A stretch of DNA of 64,000 nucleotides. Source: a virus. The translations under genes and the position numbers were made by a program. Below the pieces are notes generated by a model. That model did not search any database. It had not been told where the DNA came from and saw only the letters and a list, made by a program, of their open reading frames with translations. The stretch covers positions 1 through 64,000 of the IMG/VR virus record IMGVR_UViG_3300042870_001850; one strand, written 5' to 3'. Shown piece by piece: positions 25,641 to 35,412 of this stretch; the stretch's first letter is position 1, and every line of letters starts with the position of its first letter.

Positions 25641-27686
25641 CTATTGGTTGTTCTTTATGAGCTTAATCTCACAAGCATCAGTTGTGCAGTACGCTTCTCC
25701 AATAGCATCGGCAGCCAGTCCACCATAGACTCCAGAGAAATCAATTGGGAAGAGTTTCATTGTCGCATCTGTGTATTCTTCTTCAGTGATCTGCGTGTAT
25801 GGCATTTGCGGATAAGTGAAGTTGCCCGAAGGTAAAAACGAAACAGTCTTAAGCTGGCCGTCATACATATGCAATACAGTCCCCACATGTTCTGACTCCG
25901 TCTCTGGATCAAATGAAATAGTTACCGATACAGAGTTGTCTGACCAGTACCGCTGAGCAACAGCAGCAAGTGACATCTTCTCAAAGATTGTTACATCGCG
26001 CTCTGCACGCTCTGCATCAGACTTAATTGGAAAGAACACAACGCTTGTTGTATCTGGCGACTCTGACGCCGGTTCAACTCGGTAGTTAGCCATCTTAAAT
26101 AGTGGCAACATTGGATCCTCGTTTGAAAAACGAATTGCACGGTTGAAGTACTTACCACCTGGAGTCCAGTGAACTCCTGGTGACTCACCAGCAAGAATTG
26201 AAACAGTACCTGATGGCTTGACTGTTGTCATCTTGATTGACTCACGAATACCTAACCACTCAGAATAGATGTTGTCATAATTCTTAATCGTGTTGTATCC
26301 AGTATCCATCCACTCGCGAAGAACTGGCAGACCGACACGGTCAGCAAAGTTAGCAACACCTGACATTGAAGTCCCAATGCGACGGTTTCGTTGCATGATT
26401 GCGTTTGTCTCTTCCCAGTGCGTCGGCAACAGCGTAACCGTCTTAGCATACAGATACGCAAACTTAAGTGTGCGCTTGTAGTCTTCAAGACTCTCATGAC
26501 GGTTTAGATACGTTTCAACAAGTGTGCAACACTCGTATGACTCAAGTGACTGCTCTGCACAAGGATTGTATCCAGCAACGCGCCAGTCCTTGTTGTTAGC
26601 AGGATCAGCAAGTCGTCCATACTCGCGTGACATGTCTAACCAAACAACACCAGGCTCACCATTGAGCGCGATGCCTTCAACAATTCCCGACAAATCTCTA
26701 CCAACACTTGTTTTGACAGAGTTGTTTGACATCCAACCCCACCCTTGCGAATCAGCATCATATGAGTTGCGCTCTGGAAACTTCTCTATGTTCTTAAGAT
26801 TCAAGAAGTCTTGATCGTCAAGGCGGCCAAGTAGCAACTCAGCAGAACGACGCACGTTACCAGATACTACGCACACTCCGATGAGGTTTCCAATATCAGC
26901 AATATCAACGCGGGTAAGTTTTTGTCCAGCACGTCCATTGAATGTACGGCGAATATGATTATGCAGTTTTTCAAGTGGCTCGTGTCCAGCAGCGGTTCCA
27001 CCAAATGTTGTAATAGGCGCTCCGAGCGGGCGAACCAGGCTGTAGTCAAACTTAATTGTATTCTGTTCAGGCTTTAAGTAAGAGTTAATTAGATGAGTCA
27101 TTGACTCAACCCAACCTTCACGAGTGTCAGGCACTTCGTAAACATAAACTGCAAGAGAGTTTGGCTCGTGAATCGTGAAGTCTTTATCTGCGCCAAGATC
27201 ATCAAAGCCAACACCAACACCAAGCATTGACGCTTCCATTAAAAAACCAAACGGCTTAGCAGGATTGTTCTTTGTCATCTCTGCAGTAGAAACAAATGCG
27301 CAGTTTTGCAATGCAGCAGAGTTTCTGTGTTTGTTAACGAGCTCTGTTCCCATAATCCAAAGTCCACGACCGGGCGGCGTCCACTTCAAATTAAACAAGC
27401 GATCAAAAGCTTCCTTTGCACTTGCTTGTGCCTTAGAGTCATTCCATGGAAGACGACTAGTTTTGCAATGATCTTTCTGCAAAGAATACATTCCATTGAT
27501 AACTCGCTCACAAACATCTGCCCAAGTTTCTTTTGTACCATCTTCTTTTAGACGAGAATACGTTCTTAAGAAAGTAATTTCTCCTACGGAGTTTCCTCCC
27601 GCGTCTCTGTATCCAAATGGCGCAAACTTATCTTTGTACCCGGAAACGAAGTCGTCAGTAAGACGGAAAGAGAATAAAGAAGACAC
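25641..27686 (-). CDS. nrdJ: class II (B12-dependent) ribonucleotide reductase
   Basis: PPGRGLW, NCAF, GNVRRSAE, NPCAEQ, TTVKPSGT, C-terminal CTTDAC. Confidence 0.95.
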   Translation of the reverse strand: MSSLFSFRLTDDFVSGYKDKFAPFGYRDAGGNSVGEITFLRTYSRLKEDGTKETWADVCERVINGMYSLQKDHCKTSRLPWNDSKAQASAKEAFDRLFNLKWTPPGRGLWIMGTELVNKHRNSAALQNCAFVSTAEMTKNNPAKPFGFLMEASMLGVGVGFDDLGADKDFTIHEPNSLAVYVYEVPDTREGWVESMTHLINSYLKPEQNTIKFDYSLVRPLGAPITTFGGTAAGHEPLEKLHNHIRRTFNGRAGQKLTRVDIADIGNLIGVCVVSGNVRRSAELLLGRLDDQDFLNLKNIEKFPERNSYDADSQGWGWMSNNSVKTSVGRDLSGIVEGIALNGEPGVVWLDMSREYGRLADPANNKDWRVAGYNPCAEQSLESYECCTLVETYLNRHESLEDYKRTLKFAYLYAKTVTLLPTHWEETNAIMQRNRRIGTSMSGVANFADRVGLPVLREWMDTGYNTIKNYDNIYSEWLGIRESIKMTTVKPSGTVSILAGESPGVHWTPGGKYFNRAIRFSNEDPMLPLFKMANYRVEPASESPDTTSVVFFPIKSDAERAERDVTIFEKMSLAAVAQRYWSDNSVSVTISFDPETESEHVGTVLHMYDGQLKTVSFLPSGNFTYPQMPYTQITEEEYTDATMKLFPIDFSGVYGGLAADAIGEAYCTTDACEIKLIKNNQ

Positions 27687-27724
27687 GGGCCCACCTAGCG
27701 TTTTATACGATTGTTGAAACCAAA

Positions 27725-27970
27725 TTATACTTGGTCATGGCCTGCTTCAGACAATCGAGAGTGTATCTCTCTGCATGAAGGACAGACTTGAAAATCATCT
27801 GGTGCACGACTTGGCACCCATATTTTTCCGCATAAAGCTATAACAGGTACACCTTCAACAAATGCTCTTGTTATTTCTTCTTTTTCAACATAGTGAGCAA
27901 ATCTGTCATGATCACCATTTATAGTAGAATGACCAGGTTTAAGAAAAGTGTCAGACATCTTTTTCTTCAA
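27725..27970 (-). CDS. DUF3039-family protein
   Basis: GDHDRFAHYV...ALCGKIWVP...VCPSC. Confidence 0.85.
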   Translation of the reverse strand: MKKKMSDTFLKPGHSTINGDHDRFAHYVEKEEITRAFVEGVPVIALCGKIWVPSRAPDDFQVCPSCREIHSRLSEAGHDQV

Positions 27971-28139
27971 GTTCTCTTTGTTTATTTTTTCTGTGGTGTC
28001 TTTCCATACTCATATAGTGCGTAGCCAAAACAAGCACAACTCCACCAGCAAATTGCAAGTGCCAGCGAAACGATGCCCAACCTTCCGGCGTATTAGGAAG
28101 ATATGTGTTGTCTGTTCTATATTCAAATCCACGCGACAT
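27951..28139 (-). CDS. small membrane protein
   Basis: ORF track; one TM. Confidence 0.55.
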   Translation of the reverse strand: MSRGFEYRTDNTYLPNTPEGWASFRWHLQFAGGVVLVLATHYMSMERHHRKNKQRELEEKDV

Positions 28140-28153
28140 CTAAAGATTCCTAG

Positions 28154-28948
28154 CTACGCCTGGCAAGTTGGGCACCAATAGAGCTGCCGACCTGACAAAT
28201 CTTGTGTCTGTACGGACGTAGAACAGATACGGCACGGCGCTGCAGTGCGCTTATAGACATAGCTATTCTGCGAGTGGCCACGAGTCTCGAGCTCGTTACA
28301 CGTCATATGTTCTGGCTTCACAGTCTTAATTTTACCATCAACTGCGCCATCACTCAGAAGACGAACTGAATTGGCCCATATTTCATCAAACTTGCCTCTA
28401 GTAACTTGCATTCCAAGTGTGAATGGTGATAGATTAGAGAGAAATAGCAATTCCGCTCGGTACACATTTCCGATGCCAGCAATGACTGCTTGATCCATTA
28501 GTAACGCGCCAATAGTTTTAGAGCTCTTATGAATCTTTGCCCAAGCTTTTTCGGGATCAGCATCATCGCGCAGCGGGTCTGGTCCAAGTTTTGCTACTGT
28601 CTTTGCAAGATCGTCAAATGTGACCAGAGCGCACCTTGTGGGCCCTCGAAGACACGACAAGTACTCATCATTAGCAATTCGCAAACGAACTGAATCTTTA
28701 GGCACTTGCCCTTTGTTTTTGTAAAGGTCAAACCAACCATACAAACCAAGATGAATATGAATAGCTAATTCATCAAAGTGCAAAAACAAATGCTTGCCAT
28801 ATGCAGATGTATCAGTCATTAGTCTGCCGTCTAATAGTGTAGCCTCTTCAGAGAAACGACCCTGCGGGCTTGAAGCTTCTACAATAGTTCCAGCAAAAGC
28901 ATGATGATGTAAACTGGCAAAGTGTCGTATGGAGTGTCCTTCTGGCAT
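28154..28948 (-). CDS. nei: Fpg/Nei DNA glycosylase (endonuclease VIII-like)
   Basis: MPEG, GKHLF, HLGLYG, H2TH LMDQ..IAGIGNVYRAE, C-terminal Zn finger. Confidence 0.92.
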   Translation of the reverse strand: MPEGHSIRHFASLHHHAFAGTIVEASSPQGRFSEEATLLDGRLMTDTSAYGKHLFLHFDELAIHIHLGLYGWFDLYKNKGQVPKDSVRLRIANDEYLSCLRGPTRCALVTFDDLAKTVAKLGPDPLRDDADPEKAWAKIHKSSKTIGALLMDQAVIAGIGNVYRAELLFLSNLSPFTLGMQVTRGKFDEIWANSVRLLSDGAVDGKIKTVKPEHMTCNELETRGHSQNSYVYKRTAAPCRICSTSVQTQDLSGRQLYWCPTCQA

Positions 28949-28962
28949 AGCTATATAATAAC

Positions 28963-29910
28963 TTAGTCGTCAATTGTTTTCATGATCTTCAAGATCTTTT
29001 CAAAGTCAATAATTGCGAGATGCGAAGATATATCGTCTTTGCCAAAGCTAATTACAAGTTTGTCATTTTTCATAATCATCCCATTGGCAAACTCAATGCC
29101 TGGTGAGACAAACACAAAAGGCTCACTAATTTCTGTTGCCCAGCCTTCGTTGCTAAATCGCATTACATAGTGCTCATAATACTTTTCAACATACTCAACA
29201 ATGCCAAACGTTGATCCTGAAAACTTCTGTGTCTTTCGTACTCGCAATGAATGCATCATTCCTAAATATGTGCCGTCTGGCATTTCTATTAGATGCGCGT
29301 TGCCGCGAAGCTTTGCTAGCTCTTTAGCATCTCTCATACGGTGAATAATGCGATCACCAATAACAATTCCATTGCTGTCATAGACGTAGTCAAACTTCTT
29401 AGGCTTTTTAGACGCGGTCATCCAGTTCTTTTCTGGGCGTTTTGCATCGTAGCCTTGAAGTATCTCTATATGAGTAACTTCAGTAGCAGCAGCGTTTAAG
29501 TAGCAGACACAGTTCCGTGCAATAGGAGTATTCCTTTCAAGAAACACTGCAGTAAACACCCACTTCCCATCTCTCCATAAGAGCTTAGGGTCTTCGACTC
29601 CTCTTGGTACATCAATACCGGCGCCTGAAAAATCGATCTTTCGTAAGTTCTCAAGTCCCCACTCGCTATTTAGTTCAGCAAACCAAACTTGATTACGAAT
29701 AGGCCCGCCTGTTGTTACGCTTAACTCACCGTGTTCAAGAATCACATAATTGCTAGAGCGAAATGCAACAGCGCAGTTTCCTTTGTCATCTATTCCAATT
29801 GACGGATTAAACGCAGACCAAGTCTTTACATTTCTATCTACAAGTCTTCTGAGATACTTAATCTCTCCGCCAAGGTCCTCAAACGTAGATACCAACGGGG
29901 TGCCTTTCAA
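28963..29910 (-). CDS. beta-propeller glycoside hydrolase/phosphorylase-like protein
   Basis: FNPSI, GVEDPKL, EKNWM, IEFANG, ISFGKDD. Confidence 0.7.
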   Translation of the reverse strand: MKGTPLVSTFEDLGGEIKYLRRLVDRNVKTWSAFNPSIGIDDKGNCAVAFRSSNYVILEHGELSVTTGGPIRNQVWFAELNSEWGLENLRKIDFSGAGIDVPRGVEDPKLLWRDGKWVFTAVFLERNTPIARNCVCYLNAAATEVTHIEILQGYDAKRPEKNWMTASKKPKKFDYVYDSNGIVIGDRIIHRMRDAKELAKLRGNAHLIEMPDGTYLGMMHSLRVRKTQKFSGSTFGIVEYVEKYYEHYVMRFSNEGWATEISEPFVFVSPGIEFANGMIMKNDKLVISFGKDDISSHLAIIDFEKILKIMKTIDD

Positions 29911-30700
29911 CTACTCCAGAAACCTTTGTGCCAATTGCCAAAAGATTATCTCCAACATTTTCAATGGTAAACCCGGCTTTTTGCAGACGATTAACTTCGT
30001 ATGTTAGACCGTCTTCAAATAAGTCTTCAGTCCAAACGTTTGCGTCAAATCCAGCGCTACGCAGAACGTGCAGCAAACTTCTGCACGAGTACTCATAGTT
30101 ATGACGATGGTACTCACGATTCTTATGATACTGCATGTAAAAATATGGCTCGGTGCCTTGGAGCATTTTAGTTATCCCACGAGAACTTACAACATTAGGA
30201 GTAGTAAGAATAACTTTTCCATTAGTTTTTAAGACTCTGTTGACTTCGCTAAGCATATACATTGGGTCAATCTCCATATGTTCAAGCACCTCACAGCAAA
30301 GAACAATGTCGTACGTCTCGTCTTCAGCCGGAATCACGTCATACTCAAGATCAATACCGAATGCAGTCACTGTCACAGACTGACCAGATAGCTCGTACGC
30401 AACCTGACTAACGTGATCTTTCACAAAGCTTTCTACAAGTGTCCACGCGTTGTCATAGTTAGTTACATCAATAGTGACGCCTGGAAAAAGCGACTTTAGC
30501 GCAATAGGAAAAAGTCCAGTCGTGCCAAGCTCAAGAATTCTGCATGTCCCGCCGTATTCCTGAATAGTGTCTTTTACCATTTGAAAGGTTCTAGCAAAAC
30601 GTGCAGCATGAGTACGATGATACTCATCACTATTGTCAATAAGTGGCTTAACGATACTCACTATTTCTTTGTCTATATCAAGATACGGGTGAGACTTCAT
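29879..30700 (-). CDS. class I SAM-dependent methyltransferase
   Basis: ILELG, YDIVLCCEVLEHM, RVLKTNG.VILTTPN. Confidence 0.85.
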   Translation of the reverse strand: MKSHPYLDIDKEIVSIVKPLIDNSDEYHRTHAARFARTFQMVKDTIQEYGGTCRILELGTTGLFPIALKSLFPGVTIDVTNYDNAWTLVESFVKDHVSQVAYELSGQSVTVTAFGIDLEYDVIPAEDETYDIVLCCEVLEHMEIDPMYMLSEVNRVLKTNGKVILTTPNVVSSRGITKMLQGTEPYFYMQYHKNREYHRHNYEYSCRSLLHVLRSAGFDANVWTEDLFEDGLTYEVNRLQKAGFTIENVGDNLLAIGTKVSGVVERHPVGIYV

Positions 30701-30787
30701 TGTACTATTCTACACTGTAGACAAAAATGAAGGTCAAAGAAACAAGCTATAATTCCCTTTAGTCCCTAGCACACGGAGCGATCTATT

Positions 30788-31318
30788 ATGCCACGCAAGT
30801 ACCCTTACTACCCTTCATTTGACGGTAAAGGAGCCCAACCGGGAACTGAAAAGCTCGTTGAACTATGCGCAAAACGCTGGAAGACCAAGAACATGGGAAT
30901 CTATGTTGCTCGTCTTATGCGCAACTCTCATACTGAAGGCAAGAAAATGAGCGATCCTGGCATGGAAAAGTGGATGAGCGTTCATGCCACTGGCGCAGCC
31001 TGTGACATTGGCTACCCTGATCGTAAAACTGGCGTTGCTATGTGGGATTGGTTCCTTGCAAACACAGAAGCTCTTGGAATTGTTGAAATCCACGACTACG
31101 CGTATGACGCAACAGCAACAGACAAAAAGCCCGGCTATGGTCGGGGCTTCCGCTGCTCACGCGGTGAAGGCGCTAAAGGCGTCAAGATCTTTACTGCTGA
31201 CGACAACGCTGGCTCATTCGGCGGACAGTGGCTGCACATCGAGCTTGATCAAACAATGGCAAAAGATGCCGCAAAGTTTGAAGCTGCATGGCGGGCAATT
31301 CCTAAGCCTGGCGCATAA
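30788..31318 (+). CDS. M15-like Zn peptidase (endolysin candidate)
   Basis: R...SVHATGAACD...HIE. Confidence 0.65.
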   Translation: MPRKYPYYPSFDGKGAQPGTEKLVELCAKRWKTKNMGIYVARLMRNSHTEGKKMSDPGMEKWMSVHATGAACDIGYPDRKTGVAMWDWFLANTEALGIVEIHDYAYDATATDKKPGYGRGFRCSRGEGAKGVKIFTADDNAGSFGGQWLHIELDQTMAKDAAKFEAAWRAIPKPGA

Positions 31319-31569
31319 TGAACGAGGTAGTCGTCGCGCTAATCGGCGGACTTAGTCTTGTCATTGTTGCAATGATTCAAACAGGTAGAAAAACTGGAAA
31401 AGCCCGCTGGGAAGAAAACAAAGCAGACCATAACTTTGTAGTTGAAAAGATTGATCAACTAGGTAAGTCTCTCGGGCGTTCAGTTGATCGCATAGAAAAG
31501 ACTGCTGAACGAACAGAAGTAAAGCTTGACACGCACATAAATGACCATCTGACTGGAAAGCTAGATTAG
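31318..31569 (+). CDS. membrane-anchored coiled-coil protein (lysis cassette)
   Basis: N-terminal TM; KLDTHINDH; TAATG-coupled to the peptidase. Confidence 0.65.
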   Translation: MNEVVVALIGGLSLVIVAMIQTGRKTGKARWEENKADHNFVVEKIDQLGKSLGRSVDRIEKTAERTEVKLDTHINDHLTGKLD

Positions 31570-31574
31570 TTCTT

Positions 31575-31799
31575 ATGGGCAAAAAGAAGAAGTCAAGCGG
31601 AGGTGGCGGCTCTACAGGTAGAGTTCGCATTAACCCAATCACTGGTCAAACTGAGACAGTTCCAGGAACTCGCTCGGGAAGAAAACGCAATCGCCTTCAG
31701 TTTGGCGATCCACTTCGCACACACGATCTTAAAGCGCCAGGCTCACGCAAAAAGCGTCACGAAGACCTGATGAAAAGAAACGACAAAGAAAAGCAGTAA
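31575..31799 (+). CDS. small basic protein
   Basis: ORF track. Confidence 0.6.
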   Translation: MGKKKKSSGGGGSTGRVRINPITGQTETVPGTRSGRKRNRLQFGDPLRTHDLKAPGSRKKRHEDLMKRNDKEKQ

Positions 31800-31961
31800 C
31801 AGCAAACTCTAAATGACACACGAGCATCACAGTGCCGTCGATTAGAGAAAGGATTAACAATAGGGACGGCTGAAAAGTTACAACCCTAGCGTTTACAAAA
31901 CCTAAGCGCTACCTTAGGACGGGGCGGACCACCGGTGCGGAGGTGACGGTGGTCTCCCTTC

Positions 31962-32546
31962 CTAATCAGTTTCCCAAGGCTTGATCGGTTGATCGCCTGG
32001 TTCCCAGTCGTCAGGTACTGGCCAATCTTCTCCACGGTAGACGTGTGATCCAAATGGAATGTCATCGTGACATAAACTTTTCATTGGGCGCGTTGGTGGC
32101 TTGAATTCGCCAGTTGGTCTTATCCAACCAGTAGCATATGTTCTTATCCAAACGAGTGCTTGCTCTTTTGAAGTAGCGTCTTGCGGACGCTTAGCAAACT
32201 CTGCACCGCCCCACTGAAGCCATGTTGACTGTTTAGCAGAATAGTCTTTGTATACTTTGTTTGACTTGTGCATAAATCCAAAGCCACCGGCGTATTCACC
32301 ACGGTCACTCCAGCCTTGACGTGTCTCGCACCATGCAACGTATAGCAAGTGCTTAAAGCTTGGTATCTTTTTACCAAGAACCTCATCGAGGATATCCGGC
32401 TGTTTGTCCATGACCAGTAGTTTTTTACTGTAGTCAATAGCGACGGCCGGAACTTTTGATTCTGTTGTTACTTTATTGTCTAAAACTCTGGTTGACCCAG
32501 AGATAAGTAGAACGACGCTCGCCCAAATGACGAGCAAAGCCTTCAA
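31962..32546 (-). CDS. secreted Rpf-like lytic transglycosylase
   Basis: Signal peptide; AWCET..W...YAGGFGF...TW.QWGG.EFA..P..AT..EQ. Confidence 0.7.
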   Translation of the reverse strand: MKALLVIWASVVLLISGSTRVLDNKVTTESKVPAVAIDYSKKLLVMDKQPDILDEVLGKKIPSFKHLLYVAWCETRQGWSDRGEYAGGFGFMHKSNKVYKDYSAKQSTWLQWGGAEFAKRPQDATSKEQALVWIRTYATGWIRPTGEFKPPTRPMKSLCHDDIPFGSHVYRGEDWPVPDDWEPGDQPIKPWETD

Positions 32547-32598
32547 GATACTTCACCTTGATAGACGGATATTACTGTACAAGTGTTCATGATACTTC

Positions 32599-33285
32599 CT
32601 AACGTGACTTGTATACTCGCCAATTACCTAGACCACCCTTAGAGTTGTCCATAATGTACTTAGCGACTTTAAGATTGCAATCGAGATCAAGCAGAACCTT
32701 GAGGTTGCCGCGCTCTGAATTGCATACTTGGGAAACAACTGTCTTCCAAGACGAGTTGATTTGTAAAAGGCCAGAGTCATACGATCCGTCTTTGTTTAGT
32801 GTCCAGACAATCTTGCCGTTTTTCCAAATAGCGTTAATTGCGCCGACTCTGCAGCGGCTTTCGCGATACGCAATGTACGAAAATACTTCAACAGGCTCAA
32901 GCCCTGCTGCACGAATTCTGTCTTCAAACTTTGGACATCTACGCTCTTTACTTTGCGGTATGCCATACTGCTTTGCCACTGACACAAACGGAAGCGCTGG
33001 AAGAACACTGAGTGACACTCCAGCGGCCTCCACGGCCTTCTTATGAGCCTTATAGGTCTGCTTGCCGTAGATACCGTCTTGGTACACTCCGTTGCCTAGC
33101 GCTTTTTGAAGTTTCAGAACGCGATTGCTTTTTTCGCCAAACTTATATTTTATAGTAAGAATGTCAGCAGCAGGAATAGTAACAACTGAAGCCTCAGTTG
33201 AGATTGTCGTTGCGTCTCTAGCCTGTACTTGATGAATACCAAGTACAGAACATAGAAAGAATAATAGTAAACCAGTAGTCTTCAT
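32599..33285 (-). CDS. secreted SLT transglycosylase with peptidoglycan-binding domain
   Basis: LQKALG...DGIYGKQT; IAYRESRC, DSGLLQIN. Confidence 0.8.
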   Translation of the reverse strand: MKTTGLLLFFLCSVLGIHQVQARDATTISTEASVVTIPAADILTIKYKFGEKSNRVLKLQKALGNGVYQDGIYGKQTYKAHKKAVEAAGVSLSVLPALPFVSVAKQYGIPQSKERRCPKFEDRIRAAGLEPVEVFSYIAYRESRCRVGAINAIWKNGKIVWTLNKDGSYDSGLLQINSSWKTVVSQVCNSERGNLKVLLDLDCNLKVAKYIMDNSKGGLGNWRVYKSR

Positions 33286-33461
33286 GATGGGTGCAGTCCT
33301 CCTAGGAGAAAGGTGTCGGGCTGTTGCAGTAATTATACCCCGATAGATCTATTACACGGGTATTGTCAGCCACAATCGTGCTCTGGCCTATGGCCAGTAT
33401 GGAAAAAAACTTTGCGAAAAAGTGCTAAAAAACAGCAAGTTTACAGGAAATTACATCCAGA

Positions 33462-33785
33462 TTACGAAGATATTCTAGTTGTTGTCTCTATAAAAGAAAG
33501 ACCAGAAGCGGCCGTCGCTTCAAGTAAGTACGTTCGGCCTTTATACTTTTCGGCATCAATTATTCTGCCGGGCTTTATTTCTATACTGGTGTTAGAAAAA
33601 CGCACAACGCCACTAGAGAAACGCATAACGCCGTAACCACTTGTAATAGCAACAGCTGAAGAAAATCCTCCAGGAGCTTGGACAGTGTACGTCTTGCCTC
33701 GGTCAAGGTAAACGCGTTTCACAGAGACTCCAAAGTCAGTGTAAAGGTCTTCTAGGTGTCCCCAGTCATGATTCTCGTGTTCCAT
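33462..33785 (-). CDS. hypothetical protein, possibly cupin-like
   Basis: ORF track; TAGAAT 6 nt before ATG. Confidence 0.6.
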   Translation of the reverse strand: MEHENHDWGHLEDLYTDFGVSVKRVYLDRGKTYTVQAPGGFSSAVAITSGYGVMRFSSGVVRFSNTSIEIKPGRIIDAEKYKGRTYLLEATAASGLSFIETTTRISS

Positions 33786-34028
33786 GATTCTATTCTACAA
33801 GATTATGCAACTAGAAGTGTAACATTGTATGAATTTGATCAAAACTCGTAGTATAGTCTGATTATGAGAAAAAACACGGCAAAAACGTCATCTAACAAGA
33901 TGAAGCGGGCCATCAAAAACAAGAAAAGGATCGCCCAGAAGAAAAATAAGTATCAGCCAGTTTAGGCTGATCAAACCCTTACTGGACAAGGGTTCTATTC
34001 ATACAGCATTAACATTAAAGTTGTATGT

Positions 34029-34778
34029 TTGCTTTTGTACAGAAAGCCCGGAAACCCTTTGATACCAATGTATTCATCACGAGCCCCCAAGGAGCCAAAA
34101 ATGATCGTAATCGACAGCTTTTTAGATCAAAGCACATACGAAGAGGTTCTTCAAGATCCAATATTCTTTCCAGAATCAATGGGAGACGGAGAAAAGATTG
34201 CCGCAGAGCTAAACTCTTATCACTACGAGCAATCAAGCTGCTACGCTCCTTATATGTTCTGGGACGGCTGGTGGAGAAGTCCGGCGAATACTCTTAAGAA
34301 GAGAGTTGTTCAGTCAATCTGGGAAAATCATCTTAAAGCTCCTCAAGAAGACATTCTTGGCTTTGAGTACTGGACAAGAACATTTGCGGCTGGCCAGTAC
34401 TTAGATCTACATGTAGATGAAGATACTTTTATGTACGAGGAAACAAAAACATTTCAAGGACCATTTGACGGCTGCATCTTCTACGGGGCTGACAACCGTG
34501 AAGGCGGATTTGTAGAGATCCACTCTTCTAGTCCTCAACTGGTCAATGGGGCAGAGCTCGGGCTGGAACGAGAAACTCTTGACAAGGTCCAGTCACCTCT
34601 CGAGGATAGAGAAAGAATTGCCTACCGAGGCAATCGCCTAGTGATCTTTGACACCGGACATGTTCTTCACGCCACAACACCGGCCAAGTCTGGGATACGA
34701 CAAGTCATGGTTATAAATGTTTGGCACAGAGACAATCCGCCCACAGCTCTAAGCAAAGGGACTTTTTACTATGAATAG
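34029..34778 (+). CDS. 2OG-Fe(II) oxygenase-like protein (start probably 34101)
   Basis: MIVIDSFL, HVDED, NRLVIFD...LH, RQVMVIN. Confidence 0.75.
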   Translation: MLLYRKPGNPLIPMYSSRAPKEPKMIVIDSFLDQSTYEEVLQDPIFFPESMGDGEKIAAELNSYHYEQSSCYAPYMFWDGWWRSPANTLKKRVVQSIWENHLKAPQEDILGFEYWTRTFAAGQYLDLHVDEDTFMYEETKTFQGPFDGCIFYGADNREGGFVEIHSSSPQLVNGAELGLERETLDKVQSPLEDRERIAYRGNRLVIFDTGHVLHATTPAKSGIRQVMVINVWHRDNPPTALSKGTFYYE

Positions 34779-35412
34779 AGAAATCAAGAACGTTTCGTTG
34801 GTCTCGCAATTAGTGCATGTCACAAAACTAGAAGACATCGATCACGACCAGGTTGCATCAGACATCGAGCTGTATGCTGTTGGGATCAAGCAAGAGTCAC
34901 CAGAATACGGTTGGATAAGCAGAGGATTTGTCCAGCACGAGGACCTCGTCATGCCAGTGACACCAGAGATAACAAAGCTCGAATCTGCAATTCTTGAAAC
35001 TGTCAAGCAAATGACAACTCGCGACTACAAAATTGACGACATGTGGGCGGTCAAGCTTGTGAAAAATCAAAGTGTAATCGCGCATAGCCATCATTCAAAT
35101 TCTCACGTCCATCCTGAAGAGTACTATTCAGTCGCGTACTACCCACAAGCACCACAAGGATCTGCTGAGCTTATTTTTTCTGCGAACTGGTGCGGAGTCA
35201 TGCAGACAAATGTGCCAGTGATACCCGAAAAAGGAAAGCTTGTCGTGTTTAATTCGTACATAACACACATGACGGCCCGGCATAGCATTGATGAACCGCG
35301 ACTAGTCGTAAGCATGAATTTAGCGCCTGTTGTTCCAAACATCGATCCCAACGCTGACTGGTCAGTTTACTGGAACAGACCCATCATTGACAATCCGAAA
35401 CTAGTTAAGTAA
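34771..35412 (+). CDS. putative 2OG-Fe(II) oxygenase (TIGR02466-like)
   Basis: MWAV, HSH, SVAYY, GKLVVFNSYITH, RLVVSMN. Confidence 0.75.
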   Translation: MNREIKNVSLVSQLVHVTKLEDIDHDQVASDIELYAVGIKQESPEYGWISRGFVQHEDLVMPVTPEITKLESAILETVKQMTTRDYKIDDMWAVKLVKNQSVIAHSHHSNSHVHPEEYYSVAYYPQAPQGSAELIFSANWCGVMQTNVPVIPEKGKLVVFNSYITHMTARHSIDEPRLVVSMNLAPVVPNIDPNADWSVYWNRPIIDNPKLVK

